Source: Octopus vulgaris
Taxonomy: Eukaryota
DNA length: 64,000 nucleotides
Direction of reading: 5' to 3'
Assembly: GCA_951406725.2 (NCBI GenBank)
Contig: OX597814.1
Coordinates: 30,442,001 to 30,506,000, forward strand
Shown: in pieces, positions 25,522 to 38,847 of the stretch
How positions within the stretch are numbered: the stretch's first letter is position 1
How the letters are laid out: every line of letters starts with the position of its first letter
Position numbers and translations under genes: made by a program
The notes under the pieces: model-generated
Told to the model about the DNA's origin: nothing
The model's input: only the letters and a program-made list of their open reading frames with translations
Database searches by the model: none

Positions 25522-26575
25522 GGGGGGGATATGGGGGGGGCAACTTAGCTACTGCAGAAAATATTTTATGAAACAAAGTACCAGTAGGAATAGAAATACC
25601 AGTAATTTAAGAAACCAAATAAGAAACAAACAATCATTTTACAGTGAAGATTAGAAAAATAAAACTTAGTCAAGAAAAAAACATTACGCCTTAGCTAAAG
25701 CAGAAAGCAAGGCAAGCTAGCAGTCTAGTTGGGCATAAATCAGATCAGATAAGATCAGTGATTTGTAATGAAAATATCATAACGTACATAGATACAAGAG
25801 TAAAACTTTACACAAGGAAACGAAATCAGCGTAGCAATGAGAGAAGGTATGTATTTTAATATTTTGTCTTCATAACTCGCATGCATTTACGGAGCATTTG
25901 ACGTACACGTGAAGTGGTGTCATCCAATTGCTCTCCCGCCCAATCCATGATTTCATTATTCCACTAGTTCCTTGGTCTCATTAGTCTCTACTTTCGATAG
26001 AAAGACATTTTCCCTGTCTTTCTCATTTATTCCCCATAGCTTTGGTTAATACAGGACTGGATAATAAACATTATATCTAATCTTTTTTATAGCCACCTGT
26101 AGCTCTTATTCTTGCTTCTTCAGTACTCCTATCATTTTTGCTACACGCTGTACTTCCAAACTTTCGCTGCTAACATATTGACATTCTCTTAAGAATAGCT
26201 TATAAGTGTAAATTCTATAACTTGAGCGCTTTTTCTCCTGTCGCTCTCATGGTAAAATTTTCTGCTGTCGTCACGTTATAATAAAACGAGTTATACTAAG
26301 ATTGTTATACTGCGATAAATATCAACAATATAAAATGCCAGTGGCTCATAAGCATGAATATGAATTTTCGGTGTGCAACAATAAACATTTCTCATGCTAT
26401 TAAACCCCATAGCAACCCTTGTCAATGTTAATATTTTCAGCTTAATTTTAGCTTTGTTTCAAAAACAAAAAGATGTATCGACGTAAAAACAAGATATACA
26501 TGTCTGGGATGACATAAGTAGACAGACAATAGCACGCACACGAACTCAGAGACGGCTATAATTAACGTCTCAGAA

Positions 26576-26806
26576 GGCGGCGAGCTGGCAGAAACGTTAG
26601 CACACCGGGCGAAATGCGTAGCCGTATTTCGTCTGCCGTTGCGTTCTGGGTTCAAATTCCGCCGAGGTCGACTTTGCCTTTCATCCTTTCGGGGTCGATA
26701 AATTAAGTACCGGTTACGCACTGGGGTTGATGTAATCGACATAACCCGTTTGTCTGTCCTTGTTTGTCCCCTCTGTGTTTAGCCCCTTGTGGGTAGTAAA
26801 GAAATA
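26576..26806 (+). mobile_element. SINE group A copy with ~18-bp TSD
   Basis: TATAATTAACGTCTCAGA on both sides. Confidence 0.92.
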
Positions 26807-26919
26807 TATAATTAACGTCTCAGACTGGAATGCTGAACAGAGATACACGTCTTAGCTTCAATTTTTTGGATAATTCATTAAAAAAGAAATTAAATAAGCG
26901 TAAAAGTGATTATTTTAAA

Positions 26920-27740
26920 ATTAGGCACAGGGCCAGCAATTTTGGAGGGCAGGAGTTTAGTTGATACCGTTGAATCCAGAACTTGAGGTGTATTTTATAT
27001 TACCAATATCTAAAGGATGAAATGTAAAGTTGGGCGTCTTGAGATTTGAATTCAGAATGCAAAGAACCATACGAAATATCTCAAAGCATTTTTCTTCTGA
27101 TGTTCGGATATTCTGCCCATTCGCTGCCTTAAGGTGCGGAATAATCCTTTCTGCTAAAGGAACAAGACCTGAAATTTTAGGGAAGGGGAATAGTCGATTA
27201 CATCGACCCCAGTACTCAAGTGGTACATATTTCATCGACCCCGACGGATGAAAGATGAATTTAAAGTCAGGACGTAAAAACGGACGAAATGCCGCTAAGC
27301 ATTTCGTCCGGGGTGCTAACGATTCTTATTTCTTTATTGCCCACAAGGGGCTACACACAGAAGGGACAAACAAGGACAGACAAAGGGATTAAGTCGATTA
27401 CATCGACCCCAGTGCGTAACTGGTACTTAATTTATCGATCCCGAAAGGATGAAAGGCAAAGTCAACCTCGGCGGAATATGAACTCAGAACGTAACGGCAA
27501 ACGAAATACCTATTTCTTTACTGCCCACAAGGGGCTACACAGAGGGAACAAACGAGGACAGACAAACGGATTAAGTCGATTATATCGACCCCAGTGCGTA
27601 ACTGGTACTTATTTAATCGACCCCGTAAGGATGAAAGGCAAAGCTGACCTCGGCGGAATTTGAACTCAGAACGTAGCGGCAGACGAAATACTGCTAAGTA
27701 TTTCGCCCGGCGTGCTAACGATTCTGCCAGCTTACCACCT
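26920..27740 (-). mobile_element. SINE group A array (young units on older diverged copies)
   Basis: Repeated central domain; junction GAAATACCTATTTC at ~27503. Confidence 0.85.
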
Positions 27741-28416
27741 TAATACGTGTAATAATGATGATGATAATGATTGAATAAATATTTTGTATCTTGAGAGAGT
27801 CATTATGCCAGTAAAAAACTCATGCACTGGTTCGATTTCACTTCTTTACTTTTATTTGTTGACTGGTTAACCATTTAGCCAATTAACTAATCGATTGTTT
27901 GATTAATTGCCCGGGGAATCAATTACGCAGTTAAGTTTGTCAAAGTCCTTTTGTCGCCATTCGACACCTTATCAATGACATGCCCTCACGCGGTATATAT
28001 TTCCCTAACACTTCAGATTTATAGCTTAGTTGCTGTTATTTATTATTGCTTAGTCTGCTGGTCAATCCTGATCTCACACAATTATGATCAAATGCATTCC
28101 AACCATTCTAACCGTATTCAGGTACACTTTTAAAGCATAAAAGGAAATACATGTATGTTCCAAATTGTAAGCAAATTAGTAGCTGAAAATTTGCATAATG
28201 GTACGTTTTGTTTTTAAATAGAACCTCATTGGCTATGCGGTTTATTCTCATGCTTTGTGTTATCCTGGGCAAGGTTGAATATTGCTAATGGTGTATCAAA
28301 ATGTGCATGCATGATTATATAGCTTAAGTTCGCTTCGCAAGCACGTATTTTCGGAATTGTTTCCACTCTGTATTATCTTGGGTAATTGTTTTTTTTTAAA
28401 TTTTTATCAGGACCAG

Positions 28417-28712
28417 TTACTGCAACAGCCTGAGTTTCAAGGGACCACAGCTTTTTAATATTTCCCCAAAGAGTCTGAGGAACTTGCACAAAGTAGATGT
28501 AGTGGTTTTTAAATCAAAGCTGGACCTCTTCCTGTCGAGAGTCACAGATGAACCTACCTCACGGCAAGAGGTGCAAATGAGGGTAGCTATATCAAACTCC
28601 ATGCTTCACCAAGTGCCACATATTAGAGGAGGCGCTTAGTAATAACAGTGTAGCAAAACGGCGGTGCATCAGCATGGCCGCAGCTCTGAGCTGAAACTAG
28701 AAATAAAAAAAA
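28417..28712 (+). pseudogene. 3' end of a CR1-group LINE with 3' UTR
   Basis: YCNSLSFKGPQLFNISPKSLRNL...FKSKLDLFLSRVTDEP...SNSMLHQ...GGA*; UTR GGCGGTGCATCAGCATGGCCGCAGCTCTGAGCTGAAAC and A-rich tail. Confidence 0.8.
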
Positions 28713-29877
28713 GTCTCTGACTGGTCTATGTCATGTATGCAAAATTTAGTGACGGAAACTGTCTGGATGAACTATGTTGTCCTTGGGCAATAGGCCTAAT
28801 CAGCCTGTCCTGTTTTAACCAATAGCAGGCACTTTAAAGGGGCCTATTCTTTTGTTGCAAACGTTCAGACCAGATTTCTGGTCAGAAAATAACTCGGTAT
28901 TTTAAATGCACTACTTGCAAGTCACAAATCATAATTTCATCTTCACTTTTGTTCATCTATTCTGGAAGACCCTGCACAAATGTCATGGATGCTGCTCTTT
29001 TTACTGTACAGAAGCGTAAGACAATATCATCCAATGTCTCTTTCCTATTTTAAAGATTGTATTCTATGATAATAGAAAATTTGGTTACTGCTTCTAGTGG
29101 GTCGTTTTGCCATGTAAAAAGCTCCATCGTTGGCTCGCCCAAGGGCATAATAATTCCAGACAGGAGTTTAAAACACGAAACTTGATAGTATTAAATTATC
29201 AAATCCGGTTCCTTATCGGCATTGCCAACTCCACCACGATGACACAATAAATATTCTGATCAGTTTTTATTAAAAAAATAAAATTATCCAATGAAAACTA
29301 CGAAAGGGCGGTTGTTTGCGATTATAGCTTTGTATGTAATTAGGGAATGAGTCAGTGTCTAGAGGAAATGTCGGTTGTCATTGTAATTATTATCACTAAA
29401 GTAAAATATATTGACACCTTTAAACTCACGTGAATAGAGTATTTATTCTCTGTTGTTTGGGACTGGAATGATTAATGTCATGTTGGAGGCGCATGGCTGT
29501 GGTTATCGCCGTTGTGGTAGCGTTGGTGGTGGTGGTGATGATGATGGCAGGGATGATGATGATATCAACAGTGGTGTGGTGGTGGTGGTGGTGGTGGTGG
29601 TGGTGGTGGCGATGGTGAGTGGAGGCGGCGCCGATGGTTTTGGTAGTGGTAGCAATGGTAAAGGCACTGGTTGTGATGGTGGTGGTGGTGGCGCCGGTGA
29701 TGGTGACAGTGGTAGTGGTAGTCGTGGCGGTGGTGGTGGCTGTAATTATACCAGTGATGGCAATAATGGAGTTAGTGCTGCTACTGCTACTGCTGCGGTT
29801 CTGTTGCTGCTGCTGATGTTGCTGTTGCTGATGTTGGAACTGCTGCTGCTCTTATTGTTGCTTAACTCCAGGTCAGC

Positions 29878-30393
29878 TATATTGTGTAAAACTATGAAGG
29901 GTGGCGAGCAGGCAGAAACGTTAGCACGCCGGGCGAAATGCGTAGCCTTATTTCGTCTGCCGTCACGTTCTGAGTTCAAATTCCGCCGAGGTCGACTTTG
30001 CCTTTCATCCTTTCGGGGTCGATTAAATAAGTACCGGTTACGCACTGGGGTCGATGTAATCGACTTAATCCCTTTGTCTGTCCTTGTTTGTCCCCTCTAT
30101 GTTTAGCCCCTTGTGGGCAGTAAAGAAATATATATTGTGTAAAACTATGAAGGGTGGCGAGCTGGCAGAAACGTTAGCACCCCGGGCGAAATGCGTAGCC
30201 GTATTTCGTCTGCCGTTACGTTCTGAGTTCAAATTCCGCCGAGGTCGACTTTGCCTTTCATCCTTTCGGGGTCGATAAATTAAGTACCGGTTACGCACTG
30301 GGGTCGATGTAATCAACTTAATCCCTTTGTTTGTCCCCTCTATGTTTAGCCCCATGTGGGCAATAAAGAAATATATATTGTGTAAACCTATGA
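29878..30393 (+). mobile_element. Tandem SINE group A dimer with triplicated 20-bp TSD
   Basis: TATATTGTGTAAAACTATGA at 29878, 30131 and 30374 (one mismatch). Confidence 0.9.
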
Positions 30394-31628
30394 TAAAAAA
30401 ATCTGTGCACTTGCGACTTCATGACTTTTTGTCATCGACCAGATTATTCAAAGTATACTTCTTTTATTCAAAACAGCAGGCTGATATTTGTAGGGTATTT
30501 GGCTGCTATTTTTGCAGATCCAATGTCTACATAAAGGCTTCCCTATTGGATTATTGTTATTGCTGTTGTTGTTATTTGCATTCAAGTTGGGTCGCGAGCT
30601 GGCGGAACCATCAGCACCTTAGGCAAAATGCTTAGCAGTATTTCTCCTAGATCTTCTTGTTCTGAGTTCAAATTGCGCCGAGATCGACTTCATCTTTCAT
30701 ACATTCGGGGGTCGACGAAAGAGGTAGCAGTCAAGTACTGGAGCTGATGTAATCGACTTACTCCTCACCTCAAAATAGCTTGTGTCAAAATTAGAACGAA
30801 TTAGAAAGATTCAAGTCAGTCCCGTTCGAATAGAACTATGAGTAAAACCATGACCATCCTGAATTTTACCTGCAGGCAGCATATATAAGACTACATTGAT
30901 CGACATTAAGACCATAGGATGAAATTTGAGGGATATTTGGCTATTATTTTAGCAGGTTGAGTGGTTTTACACAGAGGTTCCACTACTGGTTTTGTTGATG
31001 TTTAAATTCAGGTTAGTGCTATCCGATCAGAACAAAGAATAAAGGCGTCCCATACGTGACGCTCTTGTTTTTCACTCACAGACACAGTTTCTTGGGGTAC
31101 AATGATAAACATGTCCTCTCTCATCTTAAGACAGAAGTGTGAGATTTAAGAGATATTTGGGTGCTGTTTCTTGCAGAGTAGGCAACGTGTGGAGAAGTTC
31201 GAATTCACTCCAGGTTTGTGTGTGTTTATGAAAGGGATGATGCTTTCTTTGTATTTCGTTTTTGGAGTCCTCAGTTGTGTGATGCCCAGTTTCATTGCTC
31301 TTGAGATTCCGTCTCGTTTCCATTGACACTCCTTCAGATACAAAAGCACACACACACACACACATACGCGGGCACTCTCTCTCACTTTCTCCCCATACCT
31401 CACCCTCTTGCACTATCTCATATCTCTCTCCACCCCTATACACACAATAATACTATAAAAAGAGACAAAATCTCCTGAAGAAATTCAATCTGAAGACTCT
31501 ACTAGAGTGGACGCAAGCGCTATTATATGATTTATAAAAAACATGTGACATATTAATAAATATCTGTAAATATAAAACCATCCAGATTTCTGAGTAATTT
31601 ATTTCTTCAAATATATATATATATATAC

Positions 31629-31672
<44 letters not shown>

Positions 31673-31679
31673 GTGTGTG

Positions 31680-31888
31680 TGTATGTTTGTGTACCTGCGT
31701 TTGTCCCCAACATCACTTGACAACCGATGGTGATGTGTTTACGTCCCCGTTACTTGGCGGTTCGGCAAAAGAGACCGATAGAATAAGTACTAGGCTTCCC
31801 AAGAATAAGTCCTGGGGTCGATTTGCTCGACTAAAAGGCGGTGCTCCAGCATGGCCGCAGTCAAATGACTGAAACAAGTAAAAGAGTA
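31680..31888 (+). mobile_element. SINE group B 3' half
   Basis: TTTGTCCCC...GGCGGTGCTCCAGCATGGCCGCAGTCAAATGACTGAAACAAGTAAAAGA. Confidence 0.85.
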
Positions 31889-31912
31889 TCTCTCTCTCTC
31901 TCTCTCTCTCTC

Positions 31913-31971
<59 letters not shown>

Positions 31972-31999
31972 ATAAGGGTGGAAAGGAACACACGAGTTG

Positions 32000-32592
32000 A
32001 TATATATGAAAAAACAAGTCAAAAATAGAAAATGCTAAGATAATTTTATAGTGAATCTTTCAGTACCGGTTTCGGTCATTTTGAGACCTTTTCAACTGTA
32101 ACGATTAAATAATTAAATTTAGAAAAATTAGAAGAAAAGTTTTTTTAAAAGAATATTTCAATAGTAGTGTTCAGATATAAGTGGCATTCTGCCTTTCTCT
32201 GACTCCCTTGTTTGCACTTGTGTGTTCGAGGTCGTTGTGAGTTCTTGGTAGGGTAGGTGAAGAAGAAGGCTGATGTGGATAGGGGGTGGGGAAATCTGGG
32301 AATCCACCCCTCTCCACATCAGCCTTCTTCTTCACCTACTCTACCAAGAACTCACAACGACCTCGAACACACAAGTGCAAACAAGGGAGTCAGAGAAAGG
32401 CAGAATGCCACTTATATCTGAACACTACTATAGAAATATTCTTTTAAAAAAACTTTTCTTCTAATTTTTCTAAATTTAATTATTTAATCGTTACAGTTGA
32501 AAAGGTCTCAAAATGACCGAAACCGGTACTGAAAGATTCACTATAAAATTATCTTAGCATTTTCTATTTTTGACTTGTTTTTTCATATATAT
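32000..32592. mobile_element. Near-perfect ~290-bp-arm fold-back with a hammerhead variant in each arm
   Basis: Arms 32000-32289 and 32304-32592; CAG-TTGAAAA-GGTC.TCAAAAT.GACC-GAAA-CCGG-TA-CTG at 32494-32531 (+) and 32061-32098 (-); TA tracts on both sides. Confidence 0.9.
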
Positions 32593-33529
32593 ATATACAC
32601 ACACACATATATATTTATATATGTATATAGATAGGCGTGGGCGTGCCTGTGTTCTAGTAAGAAGCTTGCTTCTCAACCACATGGTTCCGGGTTCAGTCCC
32701 ATTGCGTGGCTGACCAAAGCATTGAGTGGATTTGGTTGACGGAAAGTGTGTGTGTGCGCGCGCCCGCGTGTCTTTCTATACCCCACATCGCCGCTAGACA
32801 ATCGGGGCTGGTGTGTTTAGGTCCCCTTAACTTAGCGGTTCGGCAAAAGAGATCGATGGGCTTTAAAAAGTAAGTACTGAGATCAGTCATTAGATGGTGG
32901 TTGTGGTAGTCGAGCTGGCAGAGACGTTAGCACGCCGGATGAAATGCTTAGCAGTATTTAGTCCGCCGCTACGTTCTGAGTTCAAATTCCGCCGAGGTCG
33001 ACTTTGCCTTTCATCCTTTCGGGGTCGATTAAATAAGTACCAGTTACGCACTGGGGTCGGTATAATCGATTTAATCCGTTTGTCTGTCCTTGTTTGTCCC
33101 CTCTATGGCCCCTTGTGGGTAGTAAAGAGATAGGTAGTGGTGGTGGTACCGGTTATGGTGGCAGTGGTTGTGGTAGTCGTAGGAATGATAGCTGTAATTA
33201 TGACAGTGATTGCAATAATGGAGTTAATGCTGCTGCCGCTTCCGTTCTGTTGTTGTTGCTGCTGTTGCCGCTTTTGCCGCAGCTGCTGCTGCTGCTGCTG
33301 TTTTTGCTGCTGCTGTTGTTGTTGTTGTTCAGCTCTAGGTCAGCTCTGTTGTGTGAACCTACGATAAAGAATCTGCGCATTTGTGACCTTCTAACTTTTT
33401 TGTCAAGGACTAGATTATTTAATGTGTCCTTCATTTATTCAGAAGAGCAGCCTGACATTTGAAGGATATTTGGCTGCTATTTTAGGAAATCCTGTGTCTA
33501 CATAAAAGCTCCCCCATTGGATTATTGTT

Positions 33530-33573
<44 letters not shown>

Positions 33574-33627
33574 GTGTGTGTATGTATGTATGTATGTATG
33601 TATTCTCTATCTTATCTATCTTATCTA

Positions 33628-33706
<79 letters not shown>

Positions 33707-33732
33707 GTGTGTGTATGTGTGTGTGTGTGTAT

Positions 33733-35187
33733 AAGGGTGCCGTGAATATGCAAAAATGAAAATAACACTGACATCTAATTTTAACAGATATATTTACTAA
33801 AATTATATAAAAAAAAAATGTTCAATAAAATCGCCACGGCCTCCAGACGACTTCGGAATATCCTGCCACTCTTCTGGATGATCTCCTTGTTTAACCTGTT
33901 GAATGCTGCCATAATCTTTGCCTTCAGTTCATCTTTTGGTGTTACAAGGAGTGTTGTTTGTGTTTCGCTTAACTGCCTTCCACACATAATAATCAAGGGG
34001 GTTGCAGTCTGGGGCGTTAGGTGGCCAGATTTTAGGGGTAATGTGGTTGCAGAAATTGTCTGACAGCCATGACTGGCTTCTACTGCTTGTGTGGCATGGC
34101 GCAGATTCCTGTTGCCAGACATAGGGTCTTCCAGCAGCCACCTTCTTGACCCAGGGTAGCACTACCTCATCCTGTGTCATCTCTTGTGAAAGGTAGGAGA
34201 GTCCAATTTGCTGGACATTGTTGTAGAGCTGAAAAAGAAGTAATTTCTACACCTCTCCTCTGGAAGCCATCTACTCGCAATACCAGAGGGCGCACACTGT
34301 AATCTCCAGGGATACAGGCATCCAGCAACAGGACCTCCGTAATGCCATGATGGAGCGTGAAGTCTGGCGTAGCATGGTAAATTCCATTGTCTCGACCACG
34401 GTCGAACAATGATGATGATGGCCTCATCCAGGCATTTGATATAGGCCTCCACGTTGAGTCTGAGACCGTGTGGGAAGATGAATGGAGGCATAACGTCGCC
34501 ATCACTAGTGATCACTCCAAACACCATGATGTTGACTGGATGTTTGATTTTTATCACTCTCAGTACATGTTTTAGTGATACAGCAAGCCAACGGTTGTTC
34601 TGTGTCTTCACCATCTGATCCTGGCAGATATTTTTCTCGTCTGAGAAAAGCCAAAGCATGTTCGGTTGGAGGGAATGCTTGAGTTTGTTCAAAAGCTCCG
34701 TAGCGCGGCGCGGTCTTTCCTCTTGTCCTTGATGTCTTGGAGATAAAAATTGGTCCTTTCTCATTTTGTATGAGGAATACCAAATGCCTTCATGCACTAC
34801 CTGCCTGATAAGAAACTCAGGCAATCCCGTGTCCCTGGCAATGGACCTGATTGACTTGGTGGGATTGCTGTCAATCATGGCCTCGATTTCACCAACAAAT
34901 TTAGAACTTCTTTTCTTATCAGATCGATAAGAGTGAGTTTTTCGAACTGTCGTACCTTCGAATTCACTATTAGACTCATTCAACTCTTTCCTAATCTTCT
35001 GCACTGTCCTCAGATTCCCACCCAAACACTCTGAAATGTTCGTATTAGAGCTTCCGGCGCGAATGCCAAGCAGTACAGCATGTCGTTTCCAAATTTCTGG
35101 CAGAGTGAATTGTGTCGTGGTGCTGTTTTTCTCACAGACGGCGCATGCGCGAAAAAAAAATGGCGACAATTTATCCATCGCACCCTG
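33733..35187 (-). mobile_element. Tc1/mariner superfamily DD37D (maT-type) transposon, decayed
   Basis: HTH-like N-terminus, WLFSDEK, VFGVITSDG, QQ(E)SAPCH-37 aa-WPPNAPDCNPLDYYVW; TIR-like ends AGGGTGC / GCACCCTG with TA flanks. Confidence 0.9.
34173..34421 (+). mobile_element. 5'-truncated RTE LINE 3' end inserted in the maT transposase, 8-bp TSD
   Basis: FAGHCCRAEKEVIS..LLWKP...DLRNAMMEREVWRSMV, (TGA)n tail; CCTCATCC at 34165-34172 and 34422-34429. Confidence 0.85.
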
Positions 35188-36260
35188 TATATTACTTGCT
35201 TCAGTGATTAGACTGTAGCCATGCTGGGGTACCGCCCTGATTTCTTAGTATGGGTTGAATCCTGAAAGTACTACAATACTAGGCCAATCCGTTGCAACGG
35301 CGGAACAAGCCCCTAACTCTTCACCTCGTTCGAAAAACCAGTTTACTATCGATGCAACCCCCGCCAATAAGGACCGTATCATATATTAAGCTGATCTTAG
35401 CCAAAGGCCTCCCCCCCAACACACATGCTTGTGTGTATGCATGTGAAAATATTAAAATATATAAACTTGATACGAATGTCTGAGGTACCGTGTACTAACT
35501 GGAGACTAAGTGAAAAATGGGATCTTCGTCTAAAAAGTCTTTGAGTTTTTTTTTTTTAATTCAGTTTATGCAGAAATGATGAAAGGAATCAAAATATCTT
35601 TAAGCTCCCCTTTCTCCGCCTCATCATCATCATTATTATTACCGCTACCACTATCAGCATCCTCATCATCATCATTGTCTATTGAGCACTTTTTGCCCTT
35701 ACATTGAGTACTTTTTCTTCTTGCATTGTCCCCCCTCATAGATTACATTCAACACGGACAATTTATTTTTCTATGTATAGTCTCATATTTGACTGGTTGA
35801 TAAATTTACATTTTTTCTTGTTCAGTATTTGCTCAGCTGTCAAGAGCAAATTTTTAATGATTACAAGATTACAAGATTACAAGAGTATTTAGTTTTGAAT
35901 CGAATAATTGTTTTTATCGCCGCGTGATCTGGGTGACATAGTTTTAGCTGTAGAGATAATTTTCTTCTATTTTGATTATTATTTTTAATTGCCCCTCGCT
36001 TGAAACGATGGCATGATTCAAATCATAAACTTCATATATATATATATATATCCTGTTGGGATTTTTTCTTTTTCTGTTAGAGCTTGCTTTTGTTTTTCTG
36101 TAATTTAAATAGTCGCCAGAAATATTTTTACGCATGAAACTATTTAATGCCATTTAAATTAGATTTTTTTTTTCATTTCTTTAACATAATATTCTGCTAT
36201 TACACTAGAAATGTTTTAGTTTATTTCATGTGTGAAACATAGACAAAATAGGAAAACTTC

Positions 36261-36485
36261 AGTCTTTAGCTCTCAGATTACTCTGTTAAATATAATACTT
36301 ATTTATCCATATTGTTTCGAATTAACCATCTATTATTATCTCATAGCTTTGAGATTTCAATGATATGATTTTTTTTTAGAATGGCATTGTAGGGCAGTTG
36401 TGAGAGGTTGGATCTGGCTGATTTTATCATGAAACAGGTAGAATATTTAGACTGGATCTGGTCAGTTTATACGCTAAAGGGATAA
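36261..36485. mobile_element. Decayed MITE, possibly piggyBac-like
   Basis: Ends CTTTAGC / GCTAAAGGG.TAA are complementary; left terminus eroded. Confidence 0.4.
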
Positions 36486-36989
36486 ATTGTGGGAAGGAAA
36501 TTTTTATCTATTTCCGATCATGCCTTCAAGATGTTTAGAAGTACACATGTTCTTCAAAGCAACACTTCCAAAATGAATAAGTGATGTTTTTTGCTTTAAT
36601 TTCTTCCGCAATTACCATTCTTTCAGTCATTGGTTGTTAATTTGTTTTTTATCAAACCCCAGTAAAGTTTCTCATCGTAAATATTCGTCAACATCATTGT
36701 ACCAAATATACAATATTGGTTTCAAATTTTGCTACAAAGCCAGCAAGTTCGGGCGATGTGGTAAGTCGAGAACATTGGCCCCAGTATTTAACTGGTACTT
36801 ATTTTATCGAACCCGAAAGTGTGAAAGGCAAAGACGACACCGGCGAAATTTGAACTCAGAACATAACGACGGACGAAATGCCGCAAAGCATTTTCCGCTG
36901 CGCAGTAACGATTCTGCTAGCTCGCCATCTTAAAACAATGAGTAGTACTGTCGGCCTATAAAATCGTCCTTGGGTACTAAATACCACCA

Positions 36990-37644
36990 AGGCCATATAT
37001 ACTATGATGTCGGCGTGTGGCTCAATAGCTTCAATAGCTTGGCAATAGGTCGTACACAATGTTTCGAGTGGAACGTGTGCTTCAAAAACAGAAGAAAGTT
37101 CTTGGAAGACGATGAGCGATATGGAAGATCTGCCACGAACATCACCCCCGGAAATGTAGTGTTTTGCATCGAGAATTCGTCCCCTGCGGCCAGACTGTCA
37201 AACGAAAGTTCTACTGCGATGTTTTGAAACGTTTGAGGGAGGACATTTGGCGAAAGCGACCGGATCTGGGAAGCGCGAAGCATTGGATTCCTCACCTAGT
37301 TCTCCTCACTCGTTAGATTCTTGCCAAAAACACCATGGCATCGCTTCCGCAACTAAACGCCAGATTAAGCACCTGCGGATTTTCGTCTCTTCCCCAAGAG
37401 GAAAAGGCAGCTCAAAAATCGCCGTTGAAACACCGTTGTCGAGATCAAGAGCGAATCGCAGAAGTTTCTCGATTTGATTACAGAAAACGACATCCAGGTC
37501 AGATTCCGAAAGTGGCAGGAACGCTGGGACTGTGTATTGCTGCGCAAGGTGATTATTTCGAAGGAGGTGGTGTTAAAACTTAGGTAAATAAGTTAATTTT
37601 TATTAGATATAACTAGTTCGGCAACCTTTTGCAACCACCTCGTA
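36990..37644 (+). pseudogene. Internally deleted mariner remnant
   Basis: RTQCFEW...FK...LEDDERYGRSAT (mariner HTH), CIAAQGDYFEG C-terminus, TIR-like CCACCTCGTA end. Confidence 0.8.
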
Positions 37645-37959
37645 TATATCGAATCGTCAGTAGTTCACAGATGTTATGCGCCTTCTGCCATTTGAGACTG
37701 ACGAGTCGCCTAAACTGCTAAGCGCGTTATAGGTGCGAAATCAAAGGCCACTCTCTGATCAGCCATAACTTTTAAACTTCCTTAATATAGATACATATCT
37801 ATGTCCATGTGTATGTGTGTGTGTGTGCGCATTTCGTGGTTGTATCAATTTCTGTACCATGTTTTAAGCTAATATCAGGAACTTTTGTATACAATGATCT
37901 TTTGCAATTTTTGACGCAGTTGTTGAGAGCAAAGTACAAGATTGTGACATACTATATTC

Positions 37960-38192
37960 TTATTTCTTTATTGTCCACAAGGAGCTAAACATTGAGGGGA
38001 TAAACAAGGACAGACAAAGGGATTAAGTCGATTACATCGACCCCAGTGCGTAACTGGTACTTAATTTATCGACCCCGAAAGGATGAACGGCAAAGTCGAC
38101 CTCGGCGGAATTTGAACTCAGAACGTAAAGACAGACGAAATACTCCTAAGCATCTCGCCCGGCGTGCTAACGTTTCTACCAGCTCGCCGCCT
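37960..38192 (-). mobile_element. SINE group A copy with TSD
   Basis: TGTG(A/G)CATACTATATTCT on both sides. Confidence 0.9.
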
Positions 38193-38847
38193 TGTGGCAT
38201 ACTATATTCTATTGCCATGAAAAAGGTGTAGCAAATATTTCATTGTGTCCACAAATGTTCATTAGCTCTGTATTTTTGTTCATTATAGATGTAGAATATT
38301 TTATTGTGTGATATTTCTCAGCCAAATATAAATTATTCTATGTTTGTCTGAATTTCTGAAATTATAATTTGTCACTATAATACAGTGATATATTTGGACA
38401 TGTATCCTCATCTTTATCATTACAGTGGCAACATTTCAGCTGTTGTACCATCCGGCCTTCTTCAGATGCCTGCCGTATTTAGCAACGTTTTCATAATTTC
38501 GAACCGAACCTACATTAAAATTCATAGGGGTAGGTATTTTCATCCCGTTGCCCATCCCGAGAATATTCTACAATTATTTTAGTACTTCTGATGCCCCTTG
38601 GTCGTTCTACAGATTCACTTTCCTAGGAACTGAACTTACATTCACCAGGTAAACTGTATCACTTAACACTTGACACTAAACGCAATTAGAACAATTAAGT
38701 AATGAAAATTAGCTGCATTAAACGTAACCCATTGACACAGAGACAAGTATATACAAACACGTGTGTATTGGTGTACATTGTATATTCAACATAGATTGGT
38801 TGCCGTATATCCGTGATACAAAAGTAACCCGATTGCTTAAAAATTTC

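Noticed and set aside
29453-30106. 217-aa Gly-rich ORF with hydrophobic runs
   Set aside because: Made of GGT/GAT/CTG triplet repeats running into a SINE
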